A stretch of 64,000 nt of DNA from an uncultured virus (IMG/VR IMGVR_UViG_3300010429_002600) (IMGVR_UViG_3300010429_002600), one strand, 5' to 3'; shown: positions 20,576 to 30,144, numbered from the stretch's first letter. Numbers and translations are program-made. The notes: generated by a model from the letters alone, not told the origin.

Positions 20576-21661
20576 ATGAAAAATCTTAAAAATGTAAAAT
20601 ACTTAAACGCTTGTTGCGGAGTTCGTTATTGGGAAGATGCTACTGTTAATGGAGTTGAAGACAAAGATGGAACTTTAATTCCCTGCAAAGAAAATATTAT
20701 GTGGTGTCCTTTAATAGATATAGAGAAAGGACAGATCATAGAATGGCCTATCGGAACTGTTGCCTCAATTCATTATAAGGTGTGTGATGATGGCAGTTAT
20801 ACATTATTTGACAAAGATATGAATATAGTTGCGGTTAGAAATAATGATTATGTTCCGGGTATAATGTGTCCCGGAGGAGACGGGTTTGGAGATTACGTTA
20901 TTATGGAAATTGATGAAAACGGCTTTATAGCCGATTGGGAGGTAGATTTTGAGGGTTTTCGGTTTATAGAAGAAACCTTAACTCTAAAACTAGAAGGTTC
21001 TCTCGTTCACCCCGGTTCAATTTCTCCAGAGAAGAATATTGAAATTGAGATTGACGACACTATTCCTCCATTTTGCCCAAAAGGTGAAGGAGGGATGAAG
21101 GTTGTTTTAGAGGAGAATGGCACAAATAAAGATGATATTATAAATGAAATATTAAAACCCGATACATATAAAATTTATGGGTTTGATAGAGAGGGTGTAA
21201 GGCAGGAAAATCACTTAACTTTTGAAGAGGTTGTAATAGGTTGTTTAAGGGAAATATTGTCAGGTTTTGATGGTCTGTATCAAGCTCACTGGCCGAGTCA
21301 TTTTAATCCAAACGCTGAAATATCAAGCAAAAATGCAAGAATATTACTTGATTGTCTTTTAACTGGAAAGGATATGGAACAGGCGGGGATCATTATAGAT
21401 ACCGAATGGGGAGGGAACTATTGCCCTCCCGCAAAGCCTGAAAGAATACAAAGTATTTCAGATGAAACGTATAAATGCGACAAATGCAAATTTCAATTTG
21501 AAATAGAAAGCATAGAGATAGACGAAGAACCTGATTATGGGAAAACCAACTATTATTTTAGCGTAATGGGTAAGTGTCATTGTGGTAAACACAGAAAAAC
21601 CCTCACGGCATATGAACTCCAATGCCTTGTAAATGAAAATTTATTAAAAATATATGAATAA
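20576..21661 (+). CDS. Multidomain phage hypothetical protein
   Basis: ATG after GGAGG; several apparent modules, C-terminal zinc ribbon. Confidence 0.65.
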   Translation: MKNLKNVKYLNACCGVRYWEDATVNGVEDKDGTLIPCKENIMWCPLIDIEKGQIIEWPIGTVASIHYKVCDDGSYTLFDKDMNIVAVRNNDYVPGIMCPGGDGFGDYVIMEIDENGFIADWEVDFEGFRFIEETLTLKLEGSLVHPGSISPEKNIEIEIDDTIPPFCPKGEGGMKVVLEENGTNKDDIINEILKPDTYKIYGFDREGVRQENHLTFEEVVIGCLREILSGFDGLYQAHWPSHFNPNAEISSKNARILLDCLLTGKDMEQAGIIIDTEWGGNYCPPAKPERIQSISDETYKCDKCKFQFEIESIEIDEEPDYGKTNYYFSVMGKCHCGKHRKTLTAYELQCLVNENLLKIYE

Positions 21662-21780
21662 AAAGGAGGTTGTGAGATGAATGATTTTGATAAAAATGAT
21701 AATAAAGTAGTACATTTAAAAATTAATGAGAACACGACGGTAATAATTAAAAGAATTTACGGAATAGAGGAGGTTGTGAA

Positions 21781-22443
21781 ATGAAAAGGTGTTATGTATG
21801 CGAAGAACCATTTATCGGGGAAGGTCAATTTTGTTCTGAGGAATGTAAAATTAAAAATGATTCGTTCCTGAAGGAGAGGGTTAAAGAAAAACAACAAAGC
21901 CACATTTGCCCCAAAAAGAATATTGAGATTAAAGAGGATTGGACTATAAAACCCCTTAACCCGAAGGGAGAGGGTGAGGTAAACGTAGAAAATAATGATA
22001 TTGATCTTAAAAACTTACAGGAACAAATAGAATATTTACAACGTGATATTCAGGGATATAAAAATATTATAACAAAACAGGAAGAAGAAATTTCTTCTTT
22101 ATACAGGGCACAAAGAAAAAATTCGATTGACAATGAAATAAAGAAAACCTTGAAACAGGTATTTAACAATGACTTGAACGAAATTACAGCCTCGCCATAC
22201 TGGTTAATAATTACTCCGAGGCAACTTATGAAAAAATCTGCTAGTAGTATTGCGGGTTGTATTACAGGGCCGTTCTTTTCGAGGGAAGCGGCAGAATTGA
22301 CTTTAGACCAAAGGAGACATCATTTTTCAAAAGACGCTGTGGTGTGGTGTTGTTCCGGGCACATGTCTCCAGTATATGAAAGATTTTGCCAAAATATCAG
22401 AGAGGAGATTAAAGACGAAAGAAGGAGGAATGAGGAGAGATGA
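21781..22443 (+). CDS. Multidomain phage hypothetical protein (zinc finger + coiled coil + conserved C-domain)
   Basis: CxxC..CxxxC; 'ITGPFFSREAA'. Confidence 0.65.
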   Translation: MKRCYVCEEPFIGEGQFCSEECKIKNDSFLKERVKEKQQSHICPKKNIEIKEDWTIKPLNPKGEGEVNVENNDIDLKNLQEQIEYLQRDIQGYKNIITKQEEEISSLYRAQRKNSIDNEIKKTLKQVFNNDLNEITASPYWLIITPRQLMKKSASSIAGCITGPFFSREAAELTLDQRRHHFSKDAVVWCCSGHMSPVYERFCQNIREEIKDERRRNEER

Positions 22444-23087
22444 ACAAGGGATTAGGAAAAAGATGGTGTGCTACACAAAATAGTAAAATAGATATGGATA
22501 CTGGAGTAATTACAAGGGTTTATCAACACGACGAAACAGGTGGAACAAAAGAATGTGTTACTGGATTTGAGTGTTTGGTTTGTGGTGAAAAACATGAATT
22601 ACACTCTTATAACGATAATAAAGATGATAAACCCCTTCCCTTCAGGAACATTCACCCTGGTGAGGTTTTGAGGGAAGTCATGGAGGATTTTGGTTGTAAA
22701 ACAGAAAGAGAGTTTTCTTTTTACCTGCTGTATTCCTGCGAAGGAGCGGATATTGGAGAGTATATAGCAAGTCATTTAAAGGATATTATTGCAAGGAAAT
22801 CTATTTTAAGTGAAGATTTGTTAGATCGGTTTGAGGCAGAAAAAAGATTAATTCCGTATGGTTTCAGGCTCATTCAAAAAAACTATCTCAAAACCGAGGA
22901 GTTAAAAAAAGAACGGGAGAGGGAGAGGGTTAAAGGGTTATTAAAGTGGATTAAGCATAACTCCGGGAGAACAACTATTACCGCAGGGAAAAATAAACAA
23001 ATTTATAAAACTGAAGAAATTTATACAAAAACTGCGGCTCTAATTGTTGAGGTGGAAGAACTATGGCCGGAGGTGAAAAACAAATGA
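22440..23087 (+). CDS. Hypothetical protein with HigA-like 'IHPGEVLRE' segment
   Basis: Motif in the translation. Confidence 0.5.
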   Translation: MNKGLGKRWCATQNSKIDMDTGVITRVYQHDETGGTKECVTGFECLVCGEKHELHSYNDNKDDKPLPFRNIHPGEVLREVMEDFGCKTEREFSFYLLYSCEGADIGEYIASHLKDIIARKSILSEDLLDRFEAEKRLIPYGFRLIQKNYLKTEELKKERERERVKGLLKWIKHNSGRTTITAGKNKQIYKTEEIYTKTAALIVEVEELWPEVKNK

Positions 23088-23368
23088 AATATGAAGTAAC
23101 TTTTATGGCTGAAGCATACCCCAACGACAATTTACTTAACAACTACTTAAGCCAACCTGACGAAATAACCGAAGTTTTCAACAAATATTCCGCAGAAGAA
23201 GACAAGGAATATATAAAAACAAATATCCACAGGATAGAGTGGGAGGCTGTCGTGGTGATAGAGGCAGAAAACAGAGAAATTTTAGACAAGAAGGTAGAAG
23301 AAATAAGAGAGAAGCTTGAAGAAGGAAAGGAAATGCAGGTCGAGACATTTCATATACAGGAATTTTAG
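23084..23368 (+). CDS. Hypothetical acidic protein
   Basis: ATGA coupling, GGAGGTG RBS. Confidence 0.55.
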   Translation: MKYEVTFMAEAYPNDNLLNNYLSQPDEITEVFNKYSAEEDKEYIKTNIHRIEWEAVVVIEAENREILDKKVEEIREKLEEGKEMQVETFHIQEF

Positions 23369-23385
23369 GAGGAGGTGAAGGAGTA

Positions 23386-23823
23386 ATGGACATACCAGAA
23401 TCTTTCCTGAAAAATCTGGTAATAAAGAATATCTCCCGGAAAATGAGGGAGAGGAAAAATAAGGTGGAAAGGGAACGCACAGTTACCCTTGCAGACAAAC
23501 TCTTCTTTGAGTTCTGTAGAAGTGTGCTCTTAAAGACTACTAAAAACCCGGAGTTTAAAATGTTCTGGGATCTGACTATCCCGGGGAAAGATAATAACCG
23601 GCTGTTTACCTGGATAGAGGTTTTAGACCTCTTAAATCAGACTAATAGCATAAGGGTGTTTATCTCCTCTCTGGAACTACTTCTCTCGAAAGGAGATGGA
23701 GTAAGCACTGGATGCCTGTCAAAAGGATATATAAAGACAGGAACATTCGCTCCTCTCGGTGGGAGTGAAGAAGTATTGAAATCTGTTATGGAGGTATTGG
23801 AAGATGTTTCCAGCAGACTATAG
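23386..23823 (+). CDS. Hypothetical protein
   Basis: RBS and ORF. Confidence 0.55.
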   Translation: MDIPESFLKNLVIKNISRKMRERKNKVERERTVTLADKLFFEFCRSVLLKTTKNPEFKMFWDLTIPGKDNNRLFTWIEVLDLLNQTNSIRVFISSLELLLSKGDGVSTGCLSKGYIKTGTFAPLGGSEEVLKSVMEVLEDVSSRL

Positions 23824-24655
23824 ACTGTTACATGAAAGATTACAAAAAGGAGGAATGATAATATTTACAGTTCCAGGCAGACCTGTTCCCTATGTGAGGA
23901 CTCAGGGTAAAGCACTCTGGAAACAACCGGATAGAGCAAAGAAGTATTTTGAATACTGTCATCATGTCTGGAAAAGTTTCCAGGATACGTCGAGAAGGTA
24001 TCCAGAAGAGCACAGTAGCCTCTCCAGAATAGAAAGTGGGAATATCTACTTCTTTTTAGACTTTTACGTCTACGGAGGCGTGAGGGGCGATACAGACAAT
24101 TACGGGAAAGCTATAAAAGATGCTCTCCAGGATCGAAGGACAGTAAAGAATGAAATTACTGGTCCAAGGCTTTATAAGAACGATAAGTTCGGGGTTTTTG
24201 ATATGTTCCGGTTAATAGAAGTAAAGAAAAAGGAGGAAGAGAGGGTGGAAGGGACCATATATTACGATATAATAAAACCAGAGGTGGATGTGACGGGGAA
24301 TAGTTTTAAGTTAATTATTGACATGCCCTATAAGTTTGAAACACTTGGATTTTCTAAAGAACTAATCACCTGTCTTTATGACAGTCTCCAGAAAAGATAC
24401 GGGTATGTCTTTACCTTTAATCCGCCTGATGCAAAAGAACTGATTTTGCACATGAAGAAGGTTAATTTAAAAATTTTTGACGATGTAATCCTGCACACTC
24501 TTCATGTAGGCAGAACAGTGATTTTACCCATGGTGATAGAGAAAACTGAGGAGGTTTTTAATGATTATGACACATCCCGAATTGAAATCACTTTCCTTTG
24601 GGAAGGGAAAAGATCTCGAAAGAAAGTTAATTCTGAGTCTGTGGAACCTGAATGA
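23804..24655 (+). CDS. rusA: RusA-like Holliday junction resolvase with C-terminal extension
   Basis: 'FTVPGRPVP', 'GDTDNYGKAIKDAL', 'YKND'. Confidence 0.75.
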   Translation: MFPADYRLLHERLQKGGMIIFTVPGRPVPYVRTQGKALWKQPDRAKKYFEYCHHVWKSFQDTSRRYPEEHSSLSRIESGNIYFFLDFYVYGGVRGDTDNYGKAIKDALQDRRTVKNEITGPRLYKNDKFGVFDMFRLIEVKKKEEERVEGTIYYDIIKPEVDVTGNSFKLIIDMPYKFETLGFSKELITCLYDSLQKRYGYVFTFNPPDAKELILHMKKVNLKIFDDVILHTLHVGRTVILPMVIEKTEEVFNDYDTSRIEITFLWEGKRSRKKVNSESVEPE

Positions 24656-24813
24656 AGAGAACATAGAACTGGCATTTCAGGAACTTGCTGGAAGGGACCC
24701 TGCTCTATATGACTTCTGTGAAATCCTTTATGGAAATCAACTTGTCGGAGTAGGCATCCCTCTTCCGGAAAAAGATGAATGGGAACTAAAAACATGGAAC
24801 AGGAGGGCTGGCA

Positions 24814-25122
24814 GTGTTAAAACCAGTGGAAATAATGAACCTTGTTGCAAAGAAGACAATGAAGCAGATATTAGCCATAAATGGGTCAAAAGAAACTCTG
24901 GAGGAGATAAGGCGGCTTGCAGAAATACATCCGCCTTTTGACTCTGCTCATCTTAAAAAGGCACTGCTCTATATGGCAGTATTATCAGCCTTTAGCATAG
25001 AAGAGTGTCTGGATCTGATAACTGTAACACTGGGCCATATCCCGGTGAAACATCATAACCCGAAAGCACTTTTTAACACATCTATAGAAAAACATACACA
25101 GCATAACCCTGTGTTATTTTGA
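24814..25122 (+). CDS. Hypothetical protein
   Basis: GTG start after GGAGG. Confidence 0.45.
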   Translation: MLKPVEIMNLVAKKTMKQILAINGSKETLEEIRRLAEIHPPFDSAHLKKALLYMAVLSAFSIEECLDLITVTLGHIPVKHHNPKALFNTSIEKHTQHNPVLF

Positions 25123-25138
25123 AAGGAGAATTAATCTT

Positions 25139-25705
25139 ATGGCAGAAAGAGCACACCCTGAAGATCCTAACTTTTTTTCAGGGCAGTATAAACAGAAACT
25201 ATATGAACGCTATGAATGGGCGAATAATTATGTAAAGGGAAAGGACATATTAGACATTCCTTGCGGTTGTGGATGGGGAACGTCTATGCTGAAGGGGTAT
25301 AAATCCTGCGTTGGAGAAGACATTGACTTAAAATCTATTAATTATGCAAACGAGCACTATATGAAGGATAATTGCATCTTCCTTCTTGGTGATATGACAA
25401 AAATATGTAAGGCAGAAAAATATGACGTAATCATCTGTCTTGAAGGGTATGAGCACATCAAACAGGAGGATGGTATAAAGTTCCTGGAACAGGCAAGAAT
25501 AGCACTTAAACCGGAAGGATTACTATTATTAACTTGCCCTGTCATTCCCATAGGAGGTAAACATTCTGGAAATCCATACCATCTTTATGAACCAAACGAA
25601 ATAGACCTGATTATGATTCTATCTTCCAGATTCAGGGTTCTATCTCTGAAGTGGCAGAAAACACCGGATAATCCCATATACAGGGCAGTATTGCAAAGGA
25701 GGTGA
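25139..25705 (+). CDS. Class I SAM-dependent methyltransferase (paralog-like to 11106..11777)
   Basis: 'RYEWA...ILDIPCGCGWGT', 'CLEGYEH', 'LKPEGLL', 'NPYH'. Confidence 0.85.
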   Translation: MAERAHPEDPNFFSGQYKQKLYERYEWANNYVKGKDILDIPCGCGWGTSMLKGYKSCVGEDIDLKSINYANEHYMKDNCIFLLGDMTKICKAEKYDVIICLEGYEHIKQEDGIKFLEQARIALKPEGLLLLTCPVIPIGGKHSGNPYHLYEPNEIDLIMILSSRFRVLSLKWQKTPDNPIYRAVLQRR

Positions 25706-25709
25706 AATT

Positions 25710-26090
25710 ATGAGATTAGATTTATTAAGAAAATACAGATGGGATATAACACAATGGAACTCTGGAGATGTGGAGTTAATGGGAAAGGTTAATATCAAAG
25801 AAGCTCTCGATTGGTATAATGAGCATATGGTAAATAAATCTTTTGTTTATCATCCAGAAGGCGGTACAAAAGACGATTTATTTCCGATTATCCCCCAAAA
25901 GTATGTTTCACAAAAAGGGCAGGTTGTTCCTGTAATAATTGTTGATGGCATTAACAAGATTGAAAAAAAGATGCTTGCCGAAGATATTTTTTTCGAAGAA
26001 GAAATTGAACCCTGGTTTAATAACGAACAGCTTGTTTATGCTGATTATTTCAACCCCGAAACCCAGAAATGGGAATGGAAAAAGAATTAA
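25710..26090 (+). CDS. Hypothetical protein
   Basis: AGGAGGTG RBS. Confidence 0.6.
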   Translation: MRLDLLRKYRWDITQWNSGDVELMGKVNIKEALDWYNEHMVNKSFVYHPEGGTKDDLFPIIPQKYVSQKGQVVPVIIVDGINKIEKKMLAEDIFFEEEIEPWFNNEQLVYADYFNPETQKWEWKKN

Positions 26091-26144
26091 ATAGTTGTAA
26101 GGAATAGATTTATCCCTGTTTTTCAGGGATATTTTTTATGGCTA

Positions 26145-26173
26145 TTGACAGGTATAAAATGATATGATATAAT
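26145..26173 (+). promoter_or_regulatory. Sigma70-type promoter of the resolvase, preceded by a hairpin/terminator at 26112-26138
   Basis: TTGACA-17-TATAAT with extended TG. Confidence 0.8.
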
Positions 26174-26203
26174 ACAAGAAAATACAAAAAGGAGGGCTAT
26201 GGT

Positions 26204-26773
26204 ATGAAATACGGATATGCAAGGGTGTCCACAAAATCACAGGAACTGGGTAGACAGTTGGATATGCTTAGTGACTGTGATTTTATATTTCAGGAAAAGA
26301 TGAGTGGTGTTCACTCAAACCGCCCCGAATTGAACAAACTCAAGGAAACTGCCATAGAAGGAGACACCCTTGTTATAGAGTCTTTCTCCAGACTCGGAAG
26401 GTCAACAAAAGACCTCATTGACTTGGTTGACTTTTTCGAGGCAAAAGGTGTTAAATTGGTATCATTGAAAGAGAATTTTGATACCAGCACACCACAGGGA
26501 AAATTAATGATGACCGTATTTCAGGCGTTCTCACAGTTTGAACGTGATATTATTGCTGAAAGAACTAAAGAGGGCCTTGCTGCTGCAAGAGCAAGGGGCA
26601 GAGTAGGAGGAAGACCCTCTCTTATCAGCAAAAAGAACAAAAAGAAGGTCGATATAGCATTTGCTGTTGAATTATTGAGATCAGGTGAGTGCTCAGTAAA
26701 GGAAATTTGTAAGAATACCGGCATCAGTAAGGCCAGCCTTTACAGATATGCCGGTGCTATGGAGGAGAATTAA
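26204..26773 (+). CDS. Small serine recombinase (resolvase/invertase family) with C-terminal HTH
   Basis: 'YGYARVST', 'SRLGRS', 'FERDIIAERTKEGLAAARARGRVGGRP', 'GISKASLYRY'. Confidence 0.95.
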   Translation: MKYGYARVSTKSQELGRQLDMLSDCDFIFQEKMSGVHSNRPELNKLKETAIEGDTLVIESFSRLGRSTKDLIDLVDFFEAKGVKLVSLKENFDTSTPQGKLMMTVFQAFSQFERDIIAERTKEGLAAARARGRVGGRPSLISKKNKKKVDIAFAVELLRSGECSVKEICKNTGISKASLYRYAGAMEEN

Positions 26774-26774
26774 T

Positions 26775-26948
26775 ATGACTTTAGAAGAGAAATACGGAAA
26801 GTTATGGCCCCTTATGGAGGTCAGAAAGTACCTCAAACTCTCCCGGTCTGGCATTTACAGCAGGGTCAAAAGAGGAGAGATAAAGACCCTGAAGATCGGG
26901 GATAAGCTGTACGTCAAGGACAGCGACGTGCAGGGGATGTTACAGTAA
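26775..26948 (+). CDS. Excisionase-like HTH protein
   Basis: 'EVRKYLKLSRSGIYSRVKRGEIKTLKIG'. Confidence 0.75.
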   Translation: MTLEEKYGKLWPLMEVRKYLKLSRSGIYSRVKRGEIKTLKIGDKLYVKDSDVQGMLQ

Positions 26949-26962
26949 AGGAGGAGTAATTT

Positions 26963-27292
26963 ATGGGTAATCCAGATGGTATGAATGAGTTGGAAGTGGA
27001 TGAAAGGACAGAGGTTTATAAGGCCCTTGATCTCTGTAATGAACTGAATGGAACACCACTTCCAAAGATGATTTGTCGTAATTGTGGAAAGAATTATGTC
27101 TATGGCGGACATAGATATGGTCATTATTCATGGCAGTTTATATATTGCTCTGGATGTGGATTAGACCATACAATGTATTTTGACCCCAGAACCCCGGATC
27201 TGCTTAATGCCATTCAGGAACAGTGGAATGTTGCAGTAGAGCGGAAGACCAGAGATGACATAGAAAAATGGGAGCAAATGTTAAAGGAGTAA
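26963..27292 (+). CDS. Zinc-ribbon hypothetical protein
   Basis: CRNCG...CSGCG; AGGAGG RBS. Confidence 0.6.
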   Translation: MGNPDGMNELEVDERTEVYKALDLCNELNGTPLPKMICRNCGKNYVYGGHRYGHYSWQFIYCSGCGLDHTMYFDPRTPDLLNAIQEQWNVAVERKTRDDIEKWEQMLKE

Positions 27293-27328
27293 TCTTTATC
27301 ACTCTCCAGCAGAGAGTTTTAAGATAGC

Positions 27329-27353
27329 GGCCTCCAGAAATGGGGGCCTTTTT
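27329..27353 (+). terminator. Intrinsic terminator
   Basis: ggcctcc-agaaat-gggggcc-ttttt. Confidence 0.65.
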
Positions 27354-27534
27354 GGTTGATTGACTTTTTGTTTGGATTTGTTTATAATAGCAAAATGGAA
27401 GAAGGGTAAGAATTTAAAATCGAATATCTTTTTTGTGTAAAAAACAAACCCCCAACACAGGGGGGGTGGCAGAAAAATCATATTAATGCCAATAATAGCA
27501 CAAAAAAGGTAGAAATGCAAGGAGATGTAAAAAC

Positions 27535-27936
27535 TTGAAAAGCTACCTTTATCAACTCTTCAATCGGTATCCAAAAAATACCCATTCTTTTATCCTTCGC
27601 AAAAAAGACATTACCCCTGTTGAAAAACTATTATTAATCTTCATTCTGGAAAAAATAACAGATTATCCAGAATTTCAGGAAGAAGATGAATGTCCCCTTT
27701 CTTATGGCTATATTGCACAAGGGTTATGTATAGACAGAAGGAATATCCCTGCAACATTGGCATCATTAGAAGAAAAAAAATATATTATTGTTAAAAGACA
27801 GAAAAATGGGAAATATAATAAAACCAACATAATTAATATTTCTCCATTTCGAAAACTTCTCTATCAATATTTGCAAGAAACCTATCCAAAATTTTATACA
27901 AAAGATGGAGAAGATGTTGATATTAATGACGAATAG
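27535..27936 (+). CDS. Winged-helix replication-initiator-like protein (short)
   Basis: TTG after AGGAG; 'ITPVEKLLL', 'LSYGYIAQGLCIDRRNI..TLASLEEKKYI'. Confidence 0.65.
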   Translation: MKSYLYQLFNRYPKNTHSFILRKKDITPVEKLLLIFILEKITDYPEFQEEDECPLSYGYIAQGLCIDRRNIPATLASLEEKKYIIVKRQKNGKYNKTNIINISPFRKLLYQYLQETYPKFYTKDGEDVDINDE

Positions 27937-27938
27937 GG

Positions 27939-28003
27939 TGTCATACTGACAATGACACCTGTCATAGTAGTAATGACACAGGGGTGTCATAGTGGCAATG
28001 ACC
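27939..28003. repeat. Three palindromic 19-bp iteron-like sites TGTCAT-N7-ATGAC(A/C)
   Basis: Copies at 27939, 27960 and 27985, followed by an AT-rich tract. Confidence 0.8.
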
Positions 28004-28211
28004 AATAAAGTAAATATATAAATAAAAAATATAAGAAAGGAAGATCATGTCGTTTTCTGGCAAAAACGACGGATATATACACCCCCAAAATGAAATTTTC
28101 TGGAATCCGCAGACAGAAGTTTTTCTGGGTGTAATTTACGTAACTCATAAATATTCCGCACTGGTTACTTTATTAATTTGAAAATATAACTTATAAAATT
28201 TAGGGGGTAAT

Positions 28212-28880
28212 GTGGTGAAAAAGGTAGGAATATATGCAATTATTAACAAAATTAATCAAAAGATGTATATTGGAAGTAGTCGTCATATGCAAAATAGAAA
28301 ATATGCACATTTTAAGGAACTGGAGAAGGGTTGTCATTCAAATAGCCATTTGCAGAGGGCTTATAATAAGTATGGCAAGGCGAATTTTGAATTTAAGATT
28401 TTGTTGTATTGCAGGATAGATGAACTATTAGAGAAGGAGAGAGATTGTATTGCCAAGCATGATACAACGAATAGGGCGAAGGGTTACAATGTTGTATCAG
28501 ATCCCCTCCACCATGCTGAACAAATGAGATATAAGCTGATCAAATTAAACAATGTCGTAAAAAGAGATATTAATGCAGAAGTATTATTTAAAAAGAATTG
28601 TAAAAATATAACTGATAAGCGTTTAGTCAGTCGCAATCCGGTTAATTCTGAGTTGGTACGATCTATCTTTTTTGACGAGAAACCTATAGCAGAACAGGGG
28701 GATTGCACGCCTCGCCCCTCCATTATTCCTTTTGAGCAAAGAAAAGTTAACAGAATTGAGCGAAGAAAGGCTAAAAAAAAGATTAAACAACAAAAACCCC
28801 CTCCTCGAAAGAAGAAGGATTATGTTAGAAGATGGTATAACAAAGAATGGTATAAAAAGAATGGATACGATATTTCATAG
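28212..28880 (+). CDS. GIY-YIG endonuclease (free-standing homing type)
   Basis: 'GIYAIINKINQKMYIGSS...R...H...LQRAYNKYG..NFEFKIL...E...GYN'. Confidence 0.9.
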   Translation: MVKKVGIYAIINKINQKMYIGSSRHMQNRKYAHFKELEKGCHSNSHLQRAYNKYGKANFEFKILLYCRIDELLEKERDCIAKHDTTNRAKGYNVVSDPLHHAEQMRYKLIKLNNVVKRDINAEVLFKKNCKNITDKRLVSRNPVNSELVRSIFFDEKPIAEQGDCTPRPSIIPFEQRKVNRIERRKAKKKIKQQKPPPRKKKDYVRRWYNKEWYKKNGYDIS

Positions 28881-29017
28881 ATATAAATAAAAATCCATTC
28901 CAACAATTAGAGGGGCGTATAAACCAAACGGCGAACATGGCCCTTTTTCATTTCCGGGATTTTGATTAGACGATTAGAGGAGAATGGATTAGACGGTTAG
29001 AGGGGCAAATATGCACA

Positions 29018-29100
29018 GAAATAGAAATATCCTGATGGGGAGTCAGGATATCCGAAATCAGCGAGTAATTAAAGTTAGGATTAATTTTGGTCCTATAAGA
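29018..29100 (-). ncRNA. Putative ~80-nt small RNA
   Basis: Promoter, TAGGA/TCCTA hairpin, 9-bp terminator stem (29027-29051) with T-rich tail, no ORF. Confidence 0.4.
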
Positions 29101-29106
29101 AATGTC

Positions 29107-29136
29107 ATTATACCATCAGAATAAAAAATATGTCAA
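29107..29136 (-). promoter_or_regulatory. Consensus promoter driving a putative small RNA
   Basis: TTGACA-18-TATAAT with extended TG. Confidence 0.7.
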
Positions 29137-29909
29137 ATCTCCTATCTCAAAAATCACCAGGATAAAATGTATGCCCTCCAGCACGCTCCAGAAATTAAAA
29201 CTTTTGGAAAAATGAATATGAGTTCATTTGAGAAAAAAGTATTGCGTTAAAATGCCATATTTTAGATTTATAGGAAAATTGTAAATATTGTAAAAAGTAT
29301 TATCCTCCAGAGATAGGAATAAAAGAAAAAGATAAGAGAAATGCCGTGGCATTAATAGCGAGGGATCGCTCTCTGAGAAGAAAGGGAATAATTATATCAT
29401 AGTGAAAGAGCGTTTTTTCGCTAAAAATACACAGAGGATATAAAAATAGAATCTCCTCCCCCGCCCAGGGAAAGCGCTAAGCGCTATAGGCCCAGGATTC
29501 TTCGGGATACAGGTAAAAAACCCTAATATAGCAAAAGTCCTCCAAAGTCAGAAATCTCCCTGGTTTCAATCCTCCAAAAGTTTCAGAGAATTATTTCATA
29601 AAATTATTTATTTTTTCAAAAAAATTATTTAAGAAAATTATTTAAGAAAATTAAATATAATGTTCTATATTGGAACATTAAAAAAGACAAAAAAAGAATC
29701 CTGGATTTTTTTCAGGATTTTTTGAGGAAAAGCGAATAATAGAAAAGACTTTTCCCTGGTTAAGTATGAATAAGCATTTTTTCAGAGGATTTTTTGATTT
29801 TTTGGGGATTCTTGGTCTTTTTGAGCATGGAGGGATATAAAACATATAAGAAAGTAACCAATAAAAGGTATAAAAAAACAAGCATGAAGCTTGTTTGAGA
29901 TTGATAAAG

Positions 29910-30140
29910 CTATGATGAATATAAAAAAGTTAGACCTTCTAATTCTACAGATTGACATTGAATCGGTTTGTATAGAGGAATTTCATATGAACGAAAAGGT
30001 TTATTTCCTTTATGTTTCATCTGGTATTGTTTAATTTTTTCCTCTATAAGCATGTTGATAAGTCCCTTGTCAGTTATTCCTTGTTTCTCAAGTCTTTTTC
30101 GTTCTTTTGCCATGTAATTTCTATAGTATGGACGTGCCAT
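29910..30140 (-). CDS. Hypothetical basic protein
   Basis: RBS and ORF, followed by hairpin at 29877-29897. Confidence 0.55.
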   Translation of the reverse strand: MARPYYRNYMAKERKRLEKQGITDKGLINMLIEEKIKQYQMKHKGNKPFRSYEIPLYKPIQCQSVELEGLTFLYSS

Positions 30141-30144
30141 GATG

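Noticed and set aside
26204..26773. Integrase or tail-fibre invertase
   Set aside because: Too short for a large serine integrase, and no inverted crossover sites were seen around the fibre genes
27934..28010. Stop-codon recoding suggested by the apparent read-through
   Set aside because: Both TAG and TAA would need recoding, and conserved genes elsewhere are intact under the standard code
28212..28880. Group I intron around the GIY-YIG gene
   Set aside because: No interrupted host gene or recognisable intron core; it appears free-standing
29440..29580. Possible tRNA in a GC-richer non-coding patch
   Set aside because: No cloverleaf or proper T-loop could be built by eye; tRNAscan was not run
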